Source of the DNA: Saprospira grandis DSM 2844
GTDB lineage: Bacteria > Bacteroidota > Bacteroidia > Chitinophagales > Saprospiraceae
Reading direction: 5' to 3'
Length of the DNA stretch: 64,000 nucleotides
NCBI RefSeq assembly: GCF_000275825.1
Contig: NZ_JH719942.1
Location: 996,988 to 1,060,987 of the forward strand
Shown here: piece after piece, positions 54,141 to 63,931 of the stretch
Numbering within the stretch: the stretch's first letter is position 1
Layout: the number at the start of each line of letters is the position of its first letter
Position numbers and translations under genes: made by a program
Notes under the pieces: generated by a model
Told to the model about the DNA's origin: nothing
Seen by the model: the letters and a program-made list of their open reading frames with translations, nothing else
Databases searched by the model: none

Positions 54141-55337
54141 ATGATTAAGATAGATAAAATAAAACAACTGGCCCAAGAACAGCTGGAGCAATGGATCAGC
54201 ATTCGCCGACATCTCCACCAATATCCCGAACTCTCTTTTGAAGAATGGGAAACCGCTAATTATATCGCCTCTTGCCTAGATCGCTGGGGCATTAGCTACC
54301 AAAGAGGAATGGTCAAAACAGGGATTTTTGCCCAAATTGAAGGCAAAAATCCCGATGCGGCCTGCATTACGCTCCGTGCCGATATAGACGCGCTCCCTAT
54401 CCAAGAGCAAACAGGCCTGCCCTTTAGCTCTAAAAATGAGGGCCGTATGCATGCCTGCGGCCATGATGTACATACCACTTCCCTACTCGCTACCGCCTTT
54501 ATTCTGCATGAACTTAGGGAGGAGTTTGAGGGCCGCATTCAACTGATCTTCCAACCTGGCGAAGAACTGCTGCCCGGTGGCGCTAGCCAAGTCTTGGCCG
54601 AGGGTTGGCTGGACCAAAGCCTAGATTTTCCGATTTTGGGCCAGCATGTAGAACCTAGCCTGCCTGCGGGGCAGGTTGGCTTTCATCCCGGCCCCTTTAT
54701 GGCCTCCGCCGATGAGCTTTATCTCTCTGTTTATGGTAAGGGCGGACATGCCGCCCGCCCCCAAGATTGTAATGATGTAATCCTGATTGCCTCGCATCTA
54801 GTAGTAGCCCTACAGCAGTTAATTAGCCGATTTAGAGACCCGCTGCAGCCTTCGGTCCTTAGTTTTGGCAAAATGAATACGGCTGGTGGCGCCACCAATG
54901 TATTGCCCGAACGCATTGATCTTGAAGGCACATTCAGAGCCTTCAATGAAGAATGGCGAGCCGAAGCCCATCAAAAAATGCAGCAGCTCTGTCAGCAAAT
55001 GGCCCAAAGTATGGGTGGCCGTGCCGAGCTAGAAATTAGAAAGGGCTATCCCTACCTACACAATGAAGAAAGCCTAACGCATAGCCTGATGCAGGCCGCC
55101 CGTGACTATGTCGGCAAGGATAATTTGGTCCTCCTCCCCCAACGCATGGGGGCTGAAGATTTTGGCTTTTATGCCCAACAAATGCCCGCCTGCTTCTATC
55201 GCTTGGGCACGGGCATTGGTCCAGGTTTGCACCACCCCAAGTTTTCTCCCGATGAGAAAACTAGCCTACCTTTAGGCGCTGGACTCATGGCCTATCTGGC
55301 CCTTTTTCAGCTAAATCAACAGATCAAAAAGGCCTAG
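54141..55337 (+). CDS. M20D family amidohydrolase (N-acyl-L-amino acid amidohydrolase / hippurate hydrolase type)
   Basis: MHACGHDVHT metal-binding motif, GKGGHAARPQD, overall ~400-aa M20D layout. The track ORF begins at TTG 54117; ATG 54141 preferred. Confidence 0.9.
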   Translation: MIKIDKIKQLAQEQLEQWISIRRHLHQYPELSFEEWETANYIASCLDRWGISYQRGMVKTGIFAQIEGKNPDAACITLRADIDALPIQEQTGLPFSSKNEGRMHACGHDVHTTSLLATAFILHELREEFEGRIQLIFQPGEELLPGGASQVLAEGWLDQSLDFPILGQHVEPSLPAGQVGFHPGPFMASADELYLSVYGKGGHAARPQDCNDVILIASHLVVALQQLISRFRDPLQPSVLSFGKMNTAGGATNVLPERIDLEGTFRAFNEEWRAEAHQKMQQLCQQMAQSMGGRAELEIRKGYPYLHNEESLTHSLMQAARDYVGKDNLVLLPQRMGAEDFGFYAQQMPACFYRLGTGIGPGLHHPKFSPDEKTSLPLGAGLMAYLALFQLNQQIKKA

Positions 55338-55423
55338 TTGTTTGCTTGCTGGCTTTTGCTTAACTTGCAGCCAATTCGCATTTTAAACATAGAGGCTCGA
55401 CCTCTTCAAAGCTTTTTATTTCT

Positions 55424-56080
55424 ATGAATTTTTTTGTGGATACGGCCAATCTGGCCCAAATTAAAGAAGCCGCCGACCTTGGCGTTTTGGATGGTGTAAC
55501 CACCAACCCCTCTCTAATGGCCAAAGAAGGCATCAAAGGCGAGGAGGCCGTCCGCCAACACTATCTAAATATCTGCAAGCTTGTAGATGGCCCCGTAAGT
55601 GCCGAAGTAATTGCCACCGACTTTGAGGGCATGATTAAGGAAGGGGAAGCCCTAGCCGCCCTACATCCCAATATCGTCGTGAAGATCCCTATGATTGAGG
55701 ATGGCCTGAAAGCCCTTCGCTATTTTAGCGATAAAGGCATCAAGACCAATTGTACGCTCATCTTTTCTGCTGGACAGGCAATTTTGGCCGCCAAAGCAGG
55801 CGCTACCTATGTTTCTCCCTTTATTGGCCGCATTGACGACATTAACTGGAGTGGCGTGGAATTGATCGAGCAGATTGTACATATCTACCAAAACTTTGCT
55901 TTCCGCACTCAGGTTTTGGCCGCCTCTATCCGCAATCCCTTGCATATTGTGCAGTGCGCAGAACTTGGCGCCGATGTGGTCACTTGCCCCCTTTCTGCCA
56001 TGAAAGGCATGCTCAAACATCCACTTACCGATATTGGCTTGCAAAAGTTTTTGGCCGATCACGCTAAAAATAATGGCTAG
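55424..56080 (+). CDS. tal: Transaldolase / fructose-6-phosphate aldolase (type 3B Tal/FSA)
   Basis: MNFFVDTANLAQIKEAADLGVLDGVTTNPSL… and the Schiff-base lysine region VVKIP. 218 aa. Confidence 0.9.
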   Translation: MNFFVDTANLAQIKEAADLGVLDGVTTNPSLMAKEGIKGEEAVRQHYLNICKLVDGPVSAEVIATDFEGMIKEGEALAALHPNIVVKIPMIEDGLKALRYFSDKGIKTNCTLIFSAGQAILAAKAGATYVSPFIGRIDDINWSGVELIEQIVHIYQNFAFRTQVLAASIRNPLHIVQCAELGADVVTCPLSAMKGMLKHPLTDIGLQKFLADHAKNNG

Positions 56081-56098
56081 TTAAAGCCCAAGAAGATA

Positions 56099-56127
56099 AA
56101 GGCTGCTGAAAAGTAGCCTTTTTTTTT
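56099..56127 (+). terminator. Terminator candidate after tal
   Basis: aaggct-gctgaaaagt-agcctt followed by T9. Confidence 0.45.
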
Positions 56128-56256
56128 GGGGCCTCCCGCCTGTGGCGGGCGGTTACTCCCTTTGGTCGTCGAACTTCGCCCTAAAGGGCTTGTTGTCGCT
56201 TTGGGGCTCGCAGGTCTGCTCGGCCCTGCGCGGCTTTCAGCCGCTAGGTTGTTTTG
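56127..56256. repeat. REP/MITE-like element
   Basis: ttttggggcctcccgcctgtggcgggcggttactccctttggtcgtcgaacttcgccctaaagggcttgttgtcgctttggggctcgcaggtctgctcggccctgcg. Confidence 0.8.
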
Positions 56257-56287
56257 GGCCGATGGGCTAAAGCCCATTTGCGCTGAG

Positions 56288-56500
56288 CTATTCTGCAGCT
56301 GCAAAACGGCATCTTACAGTTGCGCTAAGCTATTCTGCAACTGCAAAACCGCATATTCCATTTGGAGGAAGCTATTCTGCAACTGCAAAACGGCATCTTA
56401 CAGTTGCGGCAAGCTATTCTGCAGCTGCAAAACGGCATCTTACAGTTGCGGCAAGCTATTCTGAATTTGTGAAACGGCAGTTGTAAACTCGGGGATACTA
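56288..56500. repeat. Tandem array: four near-identical 42-bp units (ctattctgcagctgcaaaacggcatcttacagttgcggcaag) plus a degenerate fifth
   Basis: Units begin at 56288, 56330, 56372 and 56414. Each contains complementary arms gcaactg/cagttgc around a 15-nt loop. The second unit is divergent in its distal half. Confidence 0.9.
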
Positions 56501-56856
56501 TTCGCAATTTGGGGGGACTGTTCATAATTTTGTGTATCCGAATAAAATTTTGGTATTTGGCCAACAGTCGCCTAGGAGCAGAAAGGGCGTAAACAGTCTC
56601 CAAAATGTTAGATAATATCTCATAGCCATGGACTAAAGTCCATGGTTGTGGGGCTATGCAAAGAGCGGGCTAAAGCCCTTGTTTGCTGATAGGGCCTAGG
56701 GAAAGAGAAAATCCCCTCGAATGAGGGGATGGCAATTTTTTAGTTAGCCTAGGGCCTTGGCCCTAGGGTTTCTATAAATTTTATGAGAGGAATATATAGT
56801 AGGCAGCAAAAAGGGCATACACAAAATTTCAAACAGTCTTGCAAAAATTCGTCCTA

Positions 56857-56992
56857 CAGGCCCGAAGGGCCGCAGGCCTAGCGATGCGAAAGGGGGCGGC
56901 GCAGCCGCAGACCAAGGCCGTCAGGCCGCAGGGCCGAGCAGACCTGCGAGCCCTGAAGCGTAGCGCCTGCAGCTTTGCTGCAGGAGGCCCCA
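56857..56992. repeat. REP/MITE-like element
   Basis: ggcccgaagggccgcaggcctagcgatgcgaaagggggcggcgcagccgcagacc … gggccgagcagacctgcgagccctgaagc … gcaggaggccccaaaa. Confidence 0.8.
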
Positions 56993-57031
56993 AAACAACA
57001 ACAGCAAGAGCATAAAAAACAGCAAACTAAA

Positions 57032-58207
57032 ATGGGAAGAGCAGAAGATTGGGCATTCATTGCAGAGCATCAGGCGGGGGATTTGGTACAATTGGCCTTG
57101 CAATTGGCCAAGCGACCAGAGCTAGACCGCAGTTTTATTTTGGCGCAGGTCAATGGGCGACAAAAGGCCAAGGAAAAGTTGCCAGATTGGGCGGGTAGAG
57201 CGGGCTTAATTTTTCCTTCTCGTTTGTCGATGCAGCAGTCTTCTAGCCAGATGACGGCCCAAAAAAAGGCCGAATATTTGGCGGGGGGCACCCTAGTAGA
57301 TTTGACGGGAGGTTTTGGGGTAGATAGTTATTATTTGGGCCAAAAATTTGAGCGAGTATATCATGTGGAGCCACAAGAGGAGTTGCAAGAAATTGTGCGG
57401 GCCAACTTTGCGCTTTTGGGTTTTGATCGGGCGGAGTTTTTTTTGGGCAAGGCCGAAGAATTTCTGGAACAGGCCAATTTGCCTACGATTGATTGCTTTT
57501 ACATTGATCCGAGCAGAAGGTCGGAGGGCCAAAAAGTCTTTCGTTTAGATGATTGCCAGCCGCAATTACTAGAGATCTTGCCTCGATTATTGGAGCTTGC
57601 GCCTAGGGTTTGGGTCAAGGCGGCCAGTATGTTGGACATACAGCAGGCCTTGCAGCAATTGGGGGCTAAAGTTCGGCAGGTTTATATTTTGGCTTGGCGC
57701 AATGAGTGCAAAGAACTGCTCTTTGAAATTGGGCGGGAGCCACAGCCCTCTCCGCAGATACAGATAGAAGAAATTTACCCCAAGCGGGCTTTTTCTTTTC
57801 CGTTTGCCTTAGTGGAAGAAGAGCGGGCTCAGGTGAATTATGGGCCCTTGGGCAGTTATATTTATTTGCCGCATACGGGTCTACTCAAGGCGGGAGCCTT
57901 TAAATTATTGGCGGAGCGTTATGGGCTGAGCAAATTGGCCATCAACAGCCATATATATAGTAGTGAAAAAGAAATATTGGATTTTCCGGGCCGGGCATTT
58001 CGGTTAATTCGGGCCATTCCCTACCCGAGCAAGGCGGCCAAAAAGCTAGGCCTAAAAAAAGCGCAAATTATTAGTAAGAACTTTGGAATGAGCGTAGAAC
58101 AGCTACGGAAAAAGCTAAAAATAAAGCAATCTGGGGGGGGCTACCTCCTAGCGAGCAGAGATCAAGACAACAAAACTTGGCTCTATGAAATGGCGCCCTT
58201 GTTCTAA
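57032..58207 (+). CDS. Class I SAM-dependent methyltransferase
   Basis: TLVDLTGGFGVDSYYLGQKFERVYHVE (motif I, GxGxG-like) and downstream acidic motif II. The track ORF begins at TTG 56975 inside a REP copy; ATG 57032 (MGRAEDW…) preferred. Confidence 0.6.
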   Translation: MGRAEDWAFIAEHQAGDLVQLALQLAKRPELDRSFILAQVNGRQKAKEKLPDWAGRAGLIFPSRLSMQQSSSQMTAQKKAEYLAGGTLVDLTGGFGVDSYYLGQKFERVYHVEPQEELQEIVRANFALLGFDRAEFFLGKAEEFLEQANLPTIDCFYIDPSRRSEGQKVFRLDDCQPQLLEILPRLLELAPRVWVKAASMLDIQQALQQLGAKVRQVYILAWRNECKELLFEIGREPQPSPQIQIEEIYPKRAFSFPFALVEEERAQVNYGPLGSYIYLPHTGLLKAGAFKLLAERYGLSKLAINSHIYSSEKEILDFPGRAFRLIRAIPYPSKAAKKLGLKKAQIISKNFGMSVEQLRKKLKIKQSGGGYLLASRDQDNKTWLYEMAPLF

Positions 58208-58335
58208 ATAGAGTTTTTCCTCCCTAATTTTTTTATTAAATTGTACACGTTTTAGCGACTCATTTAAAAAAAGTGTGGATTTATTTCCTTTTAGATGAAA
58301 AAGTCAACCTAAGGATTTTTTGGCTGTTAGAAGCC

Positions 58336-60435
58336 ATGACATCCTTTTTTTATCTCCAATTCCCCATAGCCTTAGGGCTAGAGACCGAGAACTCAACTAT
58401 GCCGACTCCCCGTTTCCTACATTTTTTTCCGGAGACCAAGTACAAAGCAAAATTAGAAGAAACGCTTTTGTGTTTAGGTAGCTTTTGGACCATGCTCATC
58501 TGTTTGACGTATTGGGTCCTTAGCTTCTTCTATAACTATCAGGAAGCGACGTCTCTTGGGGCATTATTGGGTGGTTTGGCTTATTTGGGCCTCTTTTTAT
58601 GGATAAAGTTTAGGGCCTTTTCGCCTTGGTTATCCTTTATCTATATTCTCATTTCGCTCTGTTTATTGGATGGGCTTTGGATGATGGTGGGGGGAATTTA
58701 CAGTGATTTGCCCATCTTGCTCTTGCTGGCCTTTTTTACCTCTATGATGATCTCAGCCAAGGGTTGGTTGTGGCTGGCCATGCTGCTCAACTTTAGTAAC
58801 TTTGCCTTTCTGTTAGTCCTGCATCTTTATTTCCCGGAGAGCATCAACTATCATCCGCCTGCGGCGGAGGTAGCCTTTACGAGTTTTACCAGCTTGGGGG
58901 TAGCTTTATTTTCGATTTGGGTCTTGATGGGCATTTTAAAGGAGCGCTATCAGTTGAGTCAGGAGCAATTGGAGCAAAAAAACATGGCTTTAATAGATGC
59001 CAGCCAGGCCAAGTCGCAGTTTTTGGCCCAAATGAGCCATGAGATTCGGACCCCCATGAATGGGATGTTGGGCATGGCCCAGCTCCTGCTAGACAGCCCC
59101 CTAAGTGAAGAGCAACAAGAGTATGCGCAGACCCTCAAACAAAGCGGTGAGCAACTCTTGCAGATTGTAAACGAGATTTTAGATTACTCTAAGTTAGAGG
59201 CGGGAGGCTGGCATTTGCAGGAGCAAGAGTTTGAGCTAGAGCGTTCGGTAGAGGAGGCCATGAACATTGCCGTTTCTAGGGCCTTGGCCAAGGGGCTGAG
59301 TTTGCGTTATTTTCCAGATGCCCATTTGCCAGACCAACTCATTGGAGATGCAACAAAGATTCGGCAGATGTTGCTCAATTTATTGGACAATGCCATTAAG
59401 TTTAGCCATCAGGGCTGCATCTCTATTTATATGTCTAAGCTCCGAGAAGAAGAAGATCGAGTTTGGGTAGAATTTCGCTTAACAGATCAGGGCGTGGGGA
59501 TCCCCCAAGCCAAGCAAAGCGATTTATTTAAGGAGTTTTCTCAACTCTCCAATCAGCAGGCGCATAGCAATTCGGGTACGGGTTTGGGCCTAGCCATTGT
59601 TCGGCAATTGGCCGAGCAGATGGGCGGCCAGGTAGGTGTAGATAGTGAGGAGGGCCAAGGCGCTAGCTTCTACTTCCGTTTGCCCTTACAAAAAGTAGCC
59701 TCCAAGTCGGCCAGTTTGTTCAAGGGCAAACGACTCTTTTTATTGAGCAAGAACAAAGATGCCGCTCGTTTTTTCGAGGCCATCTGCCAACGTTGGGAGA
59801 TGGAGTACTTTCAGTTTTGGGAGCCCGATGCGAGCCATGAAGCGGTTGAGTTAGGCATTATTCCCGCTCCTGATTTTGTCTTTTTTGATAGCCAGTTGCA
59901 AGATCCTACAGAGATCTTGAGTTGGCCTTGTCCACAGTTTTTACTTTTGGCCTTGGGCGAAGAACGAAAACTCAGCCGCAACTTTCAGGCACAGTTATCT
60001 GCCCCCTTGCGCCCCCTCCGAATCAAGCAGTTGTTGCTCAAGCAAATGTCGGTGGTCCAAGAGGAGAAGGAAGAAGGTCCTAGCCTCCCCTGGACCAATA
60101 AAAGGGTACTTTTAGCCGAAGATAATAAGATCAATCAGCGCCTGATGCAGCAGGTATTAGAGCGGATGGGGCTGAAGCTGCATATTGTACAAAATGGGCA
60201 GGAAGCCCTAGACTTTTTGGCCCAAGAAGAGGTAGATCTTATTTTGATGGACCTACAAATGCCCATTTTAGATGGCCGAAAAGCCAGCCAAGCAATTCGA
60301 GCACAACAAATCAATACCCCCATCATCGCCCTAAGCGGAGAGGAGGAAAAAGCCATTGAGGGCATCAATGGCTTTTTGCAAAAGCCCATTGAGCTAGAAC
60401 AACTAGAGGCTTGTTTGCGCCAGTTTTTTTGCTAG
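58336..60435 (+). CDS. Hybrid sensor histidine kinase / response regulator with N-terminal multi-TM sensor
   Basis: About 6 TM helices. H-box MSHEIRTPMNGMLGMAQLL. HATPase N/G boxes LLDNAIKFS…GTGLGLAIV. C-terminal REC VLLAEDNKINQ…DLILMDLQMPILDG…K. The track ORF begins at GTG 58273. ATG 58336 chosen, uncertain. Confidence 0.8.
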   Translation: MTSFFYLQFPIALGLETENSTMPTPRFLHFFPETKYKAKLEETLLCLGSFWTMLICLTYWVLSFFYNYQEATSLGALLGGLAYLGLFLWIKFRAFSPWLSFIYILISLCLLDGLWMMVGGIYSDLPILLLLAFFTSMMISAKGWLWLAMLLNFSNFAFLLVLHLYFPESINYHPPAAEVAFTSFTSLGVALFSIWVLMGILKERYQLSQEQLEQKNMALIDASQAKSQFLAQMSHEIRTPMNGMLGMAQLLLDSPLSEEQQEYAQTLKQSGEQLLQIVNEILDYSKLEAGGWHLQEQEFELERSVEEAMNIAVSRALAKGLSLRYFPDAHLPDQLIGDATKIRQMLLNLLDNAIKFSHQGCISIYMSKLREEEDRVWVEFRLTDQGVGIPQAKQSDLFKEFSQLSNQQAHSNSGTGLGLAIVRQLAEQMGGQVGVDSEEGQGASFYFRLPLQKVASKSASLFKGKRLFLLSKNKDAARFFEAICQRWEMEYFQFWEPDASHEAVELGIIPAPDFVFFDSQLQDPTEILSWPCPQFLLLALGEERKLSRNFQAQLSAPLRPLRIKQLLLKQMSVVQEEKEEGPSLPWTNKRVLLAEDNKINQRLMQQVLERMGLKLHIVQNGQEALDFLAQEEVDLILMDLQMPILDGRKASQAIRAQQINTPIIALSGEEEKAIEGINGFLQKPIELEQLEACLRQFFC

Positions 60436-60474
60436 CTTTGCGCTATTGTTTTCACGCCTCCTCTCCTCTTGATC

Positions 60475-61950
60475 ATGAAATTTACTGCCGAAAAAATAGC
60501 ATTTTATAGCCTTGGTTTTCTTTTTTGTATCCTGCTGATTTATAAAGCAATCAGGATGAGCATGACCCATGATGAAGCGGCTACTTTTTTGGTCTATACC
60601 AAATGGTCTATTTATGATATCTGGACCAATTCGGGCCCCAATCCTACCGCCAACAACCACTTACTCAACACCTTATTGATTAAGTTTTGGGTGCAGCTCT
60701 TTGGCGATCATCAGCTGATGGTCCGCTTAGCCAATATTTTGGCGGGATGCAGTTTTTTCTATTTCTCTTGGCGCCTGATGCAGCAGGTTTTTGGCCCAAA
60801 AAATAAGCTTTTGGCCCTCTTGGGCTTCAGCCTCCTGCTGATGAATAATTATCAGTTTGATTTTTTTGCGGTGGCCCGCGGCTATGGCTTGTCTATGGGC
60901 TTTTTTATGCCCGCGATCTATTTTTCGCTGCAGGCGGTCTCCAATTCTTCTATCCGAAGCTGGAGCGGGGCTGTCGGCCTTTGCCTACTGGCAGTTTTGG
61001 CCAATTTTAGTAGTCTCGTTTTTTGTATCGCCTTGCTGGGCAGCACGCTGCTGCTGGCACTCAAGAAAGAGCGAAACTGGCGGTTTTTGGGGCAAAGTCT
61101 AGGCATTGCAAGCCTGGCAGCTCTCTTACTCGCCCTCGCTATTTATCCAGCAGTCATTACCTTAATTGAGCATGACCAACTCTATTTTGGAGGCGAAAAT
61201 GGCTTTTTCCAAGATACTATGGGCAGCCTCGCCCAATCTTATACACACAATATTTCCTTTTTGCATTCGCCCGAATATATCCACGGGGGCTTTGGACTCC
61301 TGCTTATTTTTGCCGCCTCCCGTCTGCTTTTTTCGCTCTTCAAAGAAAAAAGTCAAGGCCCTGCGCTTTTCCTTCAATTGGGCCTCTCTTGCCTTCTAGC
61401 TAGCTGCATCGGCCATATTCTACTCTACCTCCTTTTCGATGTCAAGTTCCTGATTCAACGAACAGCCCTGATTTATTTCCCCCTACTGCAGTTTTCACTC
61501 ATTAGCCTGCTCTATAGCCTTTATCAAGTTTTTCCCTTGGCCAAAAAATGGAAAAATACGGCTTTGGTCTTCACTAGCGTTCTGGGCCTAAGCCTTTTTG
61601 GCCTCAACTACCGCCCAAATACCATGACCGAATGGTACTATAATGTAGAGGATAGAAAAATTTTGAGCGAATTGGAGACCAGCATTCCCAAAAATGAAAC
61701 CCATACCCTAGGCATCTGGTGGCTCTTTTTCCCCACTTTCGAGTTCTATCTAGAAACAGGGGTCTATCAAAATATTCAGCTCAATCCACACAATATGCAG
61801 CTCGACCTAGAGCAGGATTATGACTATTATTTTATTGACCACAATGCAGAACGAGTGGCCGCTTTAAGCAAAAAATACGAGCGCTTCAAAAATTACCAAC
61901 AAGGCATTCTCTTTCGCCACAAGAACTTTCCCATTCAGAAAAATAAGTAG
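60475..61950 (+). CDS. Polytopic membrane protein, GT-C-like (family 39/83-type glycosyltransferase candidate)
   Basis: At least 10 predicted TM helices. Early loop motif RMSMTHDEAATF resembles the DE-containing first periplasmic loop of ArnT/PMT-type GT-C enzymes. Family call tentative. Confidence 0.45.
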   Translation: MKFTAEKIAFYSLGFLFCILLIYKAIRMSMTHDEAATFLVYTKWSIYDIWTNSGPNPTANNHLLNTLLIKFWVQLFGDHQLMVRLANILAGCSFFYFSWRLMQQVFGPKNKLLALLGFSLLLMNNYQFDFFAVARGYGLSMGFFMPAIYFSLQAVSNSSIRSWSGAVGLCLLAVLANFSSLVFCIALLGSTLLLALKKERNWRFLGQSLGIASLAALLLALAIYPAVITLIEHDQLYFGGENGFFQDTMGSLAQSYTHNISFLHSPEYIHGGFGLLLIFAASRLLFSLFKEKSQGPALFLQLGLSCLLASCIGHILLYLLFDVKFLIQRTALIYFPLLQFSLISLLYSLYQVFPLAKKWKNTALVFTSVLGLSLFGLNYRPNTMTEWYYNVEDRKILSELETSIPKNETHTLGIWWLFFPTFEFYLETGVYQNIQLNPHNMQLDLEQDYDYYFIDHNAERVAALSKKYERFKNYQQGILFRHKNFPIQKNK

Positions 61951-61954
61951 TTTT

Positions 61955-62125
61955 TTTGGGGGCTGCCCCGCCCTCTGGGCGGGTCGGGCTATGTCGCAGC
62001 TCGCAGGTCTGCTCGGCCCTGCGGGCTTTTCGCTCCGCTTCAAAAGCCCTAGGTCTGGCCTTCGGCCACTGCTTTCTATCCCTCAGCCGCGTCGCTGCGC
62101 TCCTATGCGGGCGCTGCGCGCCCTG
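61955..62125. repeat. REP/MITE-like element (variant B)
   Basis: ttttgggggctgccccgccctctgggcgggtcgggctatgtcgcagctcgcaggtctgctcggccctgcgg … ctatccctcagcc. Confidence 0.8.
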
Positions 62126-62149
62126 CAAAACCGCAATTGGACCAAAAGG

Positions 62150-63931
62150 CTAGCGCTTTTTGGGCGGAAAAAGCTCAAAGCGCTTCTGAAAATCTTTCAA
62201 TAAGCCATTTTGCTTTAAAAAATGGACATATTTCTCTCGCTCTGTCGTTGGCCGCTGTTTAGGCTTGGGGATGTCTTCTTCTTTAGGCTCCTCTATCGTA
62301 AATTTATACTGCAATTTTGGCAAGCCAAATTCTTCTCTCAACTGATTGAGCAACGCCTGTTCATCGCCAATAGCATCCTTTACTCTTTGGCTACTCACAA
62401 CCAACCCTAAGGCCTGTTCTTCTTTGGGCAAAACCGTCAATTTAGCCGAGCGCAAAAGGGCCTTCATAGAAGGCGACTCCATTTTTTGGGCATAGACTTC
62501 CCAAAGGGCCAAAACAGCCTTTTCTTCCCAACTTTTATGTACAATTTGCTTTTTACGCTCTTCTTCCGCCTGAATTTCGGCCTTAAGAGCATCTATGGCG
62601 GTTTCTTTTTTCTTTTTGAGGCGCTCCTTTAAACTCTTTTTAGGCTTTTTTTCCAGCTTTGGCGCTGCCCCCTTAGGATCTTCTTTTGTTGCAACTACTT
62701 TAGGGCTAGTTGTTTCTTTGGGCTCTTCTTGTTTTTTGGTGGGGGCAGCGCCTTCTTTGACCACTTCCTTCGGCCCGCTTTCTATGGTTTGTACATACTG
62801 TACAACTTGCTGCGGGGCCAAAGTTTGGGGCTGTATGGCCCTGCGGATATGGGCCATTTTAATTAGGGCCATTTCGACATGTAGGCGCTTATTTCTAGCC
62901 ATTTTATAATTCACATCGCAGGCGGCGCTCAGGCTCAGGGCCGAAACCAAAATATCTTTAGGCGCCAATTGGGCCTGCTGCTGATAGCGTTGGCGCAGCT
63001 TTTCACTAAGGTCCAAAAGGCTAAGTGTAGTAGGATCTTGGGCCATCAACAAATTGCGCAAATGCAAAGAAAGGCCATCTAAGAAAATATCGCCATCAAA
63101 TCCCTTCCGCTGAATTTGGTCAAAGATGAGGAGCAATTGCTGCATATCCTCGCCTAAGATGGCATCAATGATCTGGAAATAATAATCGTAATCTAAAATA
63201 TTCAGGTTTTCGATGACATCCTCATAGCGGATATGGCTGCCTGAAAAACTGACCATACGGTCAAAAATAGAAAGGGCATCTCGCAAAGCGCCATCGGCCT
63301 TTTGGGCAATCATATTGAGGGCCTCTTCTTCGGCCTCAATGCCCTCTTCTTGGCAAATTTTGGCCAAATGCGCCCGCATATCGGCTACCTGAATCCGATT
63401 AAAGTCAAAAATTTGACAGCGAGAGAGAATAGTGGGAATAATTTTATGCTTCTCGGTGGTGGCCAAAATAAAAATGGCATAAGAAGGCGGTTCCTCCAAG
63501 GTTTTTAGAAAAGCATTAAAGGCCGCCTGAGAGAGCATATGCACCTCATCAATAATATAGATTTTATAGCGGCCCCTTTGAGGAGCAAAACGCACTTGTT
63601 CAATCAAAGAGCGGATATGCTCTACCGAGTTATTGGAGGCGGCATCTAGCTCATGAATATTGAGCGAGGCATTTTCTCTAAAGGCCGTACAAGAGGGACA
63701 TTCATCGCAGGGCTCGGTATCTGAGGTGGGGTTTTCACAATTGAGTAATTTGGCCAAAATACGGGCGCAGGTCGTTTTGCCCACCCCTCTAGGGCCACAA
63801 AACAAAAAAGCCTGGGCCAAATGCTCTGAGCGGATGGCATTTTTGAGGGTATTAGAAACATGTTGTTGGCCCACCACCGAATCAAAGCGGATGGGACGAT
63901 ATTTGCGGGCGGAAACGACGAAATTACTCAT
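62150..63931 (-). CDS. dnaX: DNA polymerase III subunits gamma/tau
   Basis: MSNFVVSARKYRP…FCGPRGVGKTTCARILAKLLNCE…CDECPSC zinc module. AAA+ clamp-loader motifs IYIIDEVHML and SRC-type. Confidence 0.9.
   Translation of the reverse strand: MSNFVVSARKYRPIRFDSVVGQQHVSNTLKNAIRSEHLAQAFLFCGPRGVGKTTCARILAKLLNCENPTSDTEPCDECPSCTAFRENASLNIHELDAASNNSVEHIRSLIEQVRFAPQRGRYKIYIIDEVHMLSQAAFNAFLKTLEEPPSYAIFILATTEKHKIIPTILSRCQIFDFNRIQVADMRAHLAKICQEEGIEAEEEALNMIAQKADGALRDALSIFDRMVSFSGSHIRYEDVIENLNILDYDYYFQIIDAILGEDMQQLLLIFDQIQRKGFDGDIFLDGLSLHLRNLLMAQDPTTLSLLDLSEKLRQRYQQQAQLAPKDILVSALSLSAACDVNYKMARNKRLHVEMALIKMAHIRRAIQPQTLAPQQVVQYVQTIESGPKEVVKEGAAPTKKQEEPKETTSPKVVATKEDPKGAAPKLEKKPKKSLKERLKKKKETAIDALKAEIQAEEERKKQIVHKSWEEKAVLALWEVYAQKMESPSMKALLRSAKLTVLPKEEQALGLVVSSQRVKDAIGDEQALLNQLREEFGLPKLQYKFTIEEPKEEDIPKPKQRPTTEREKYVHFLKQNGLLKDFQKRFELFPPKKR

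Noticed and set aside
56126-56603. Overlapping ORFs on both strands (112 aa and 92 aa) rich in CSCKTASYSC/CRIACRNCKMPF repeats
   Set aside because: They are translations of a REP copy plus the 42-bp tandem array. They have no start context and a mirror-image counterpart on the opposite strand.
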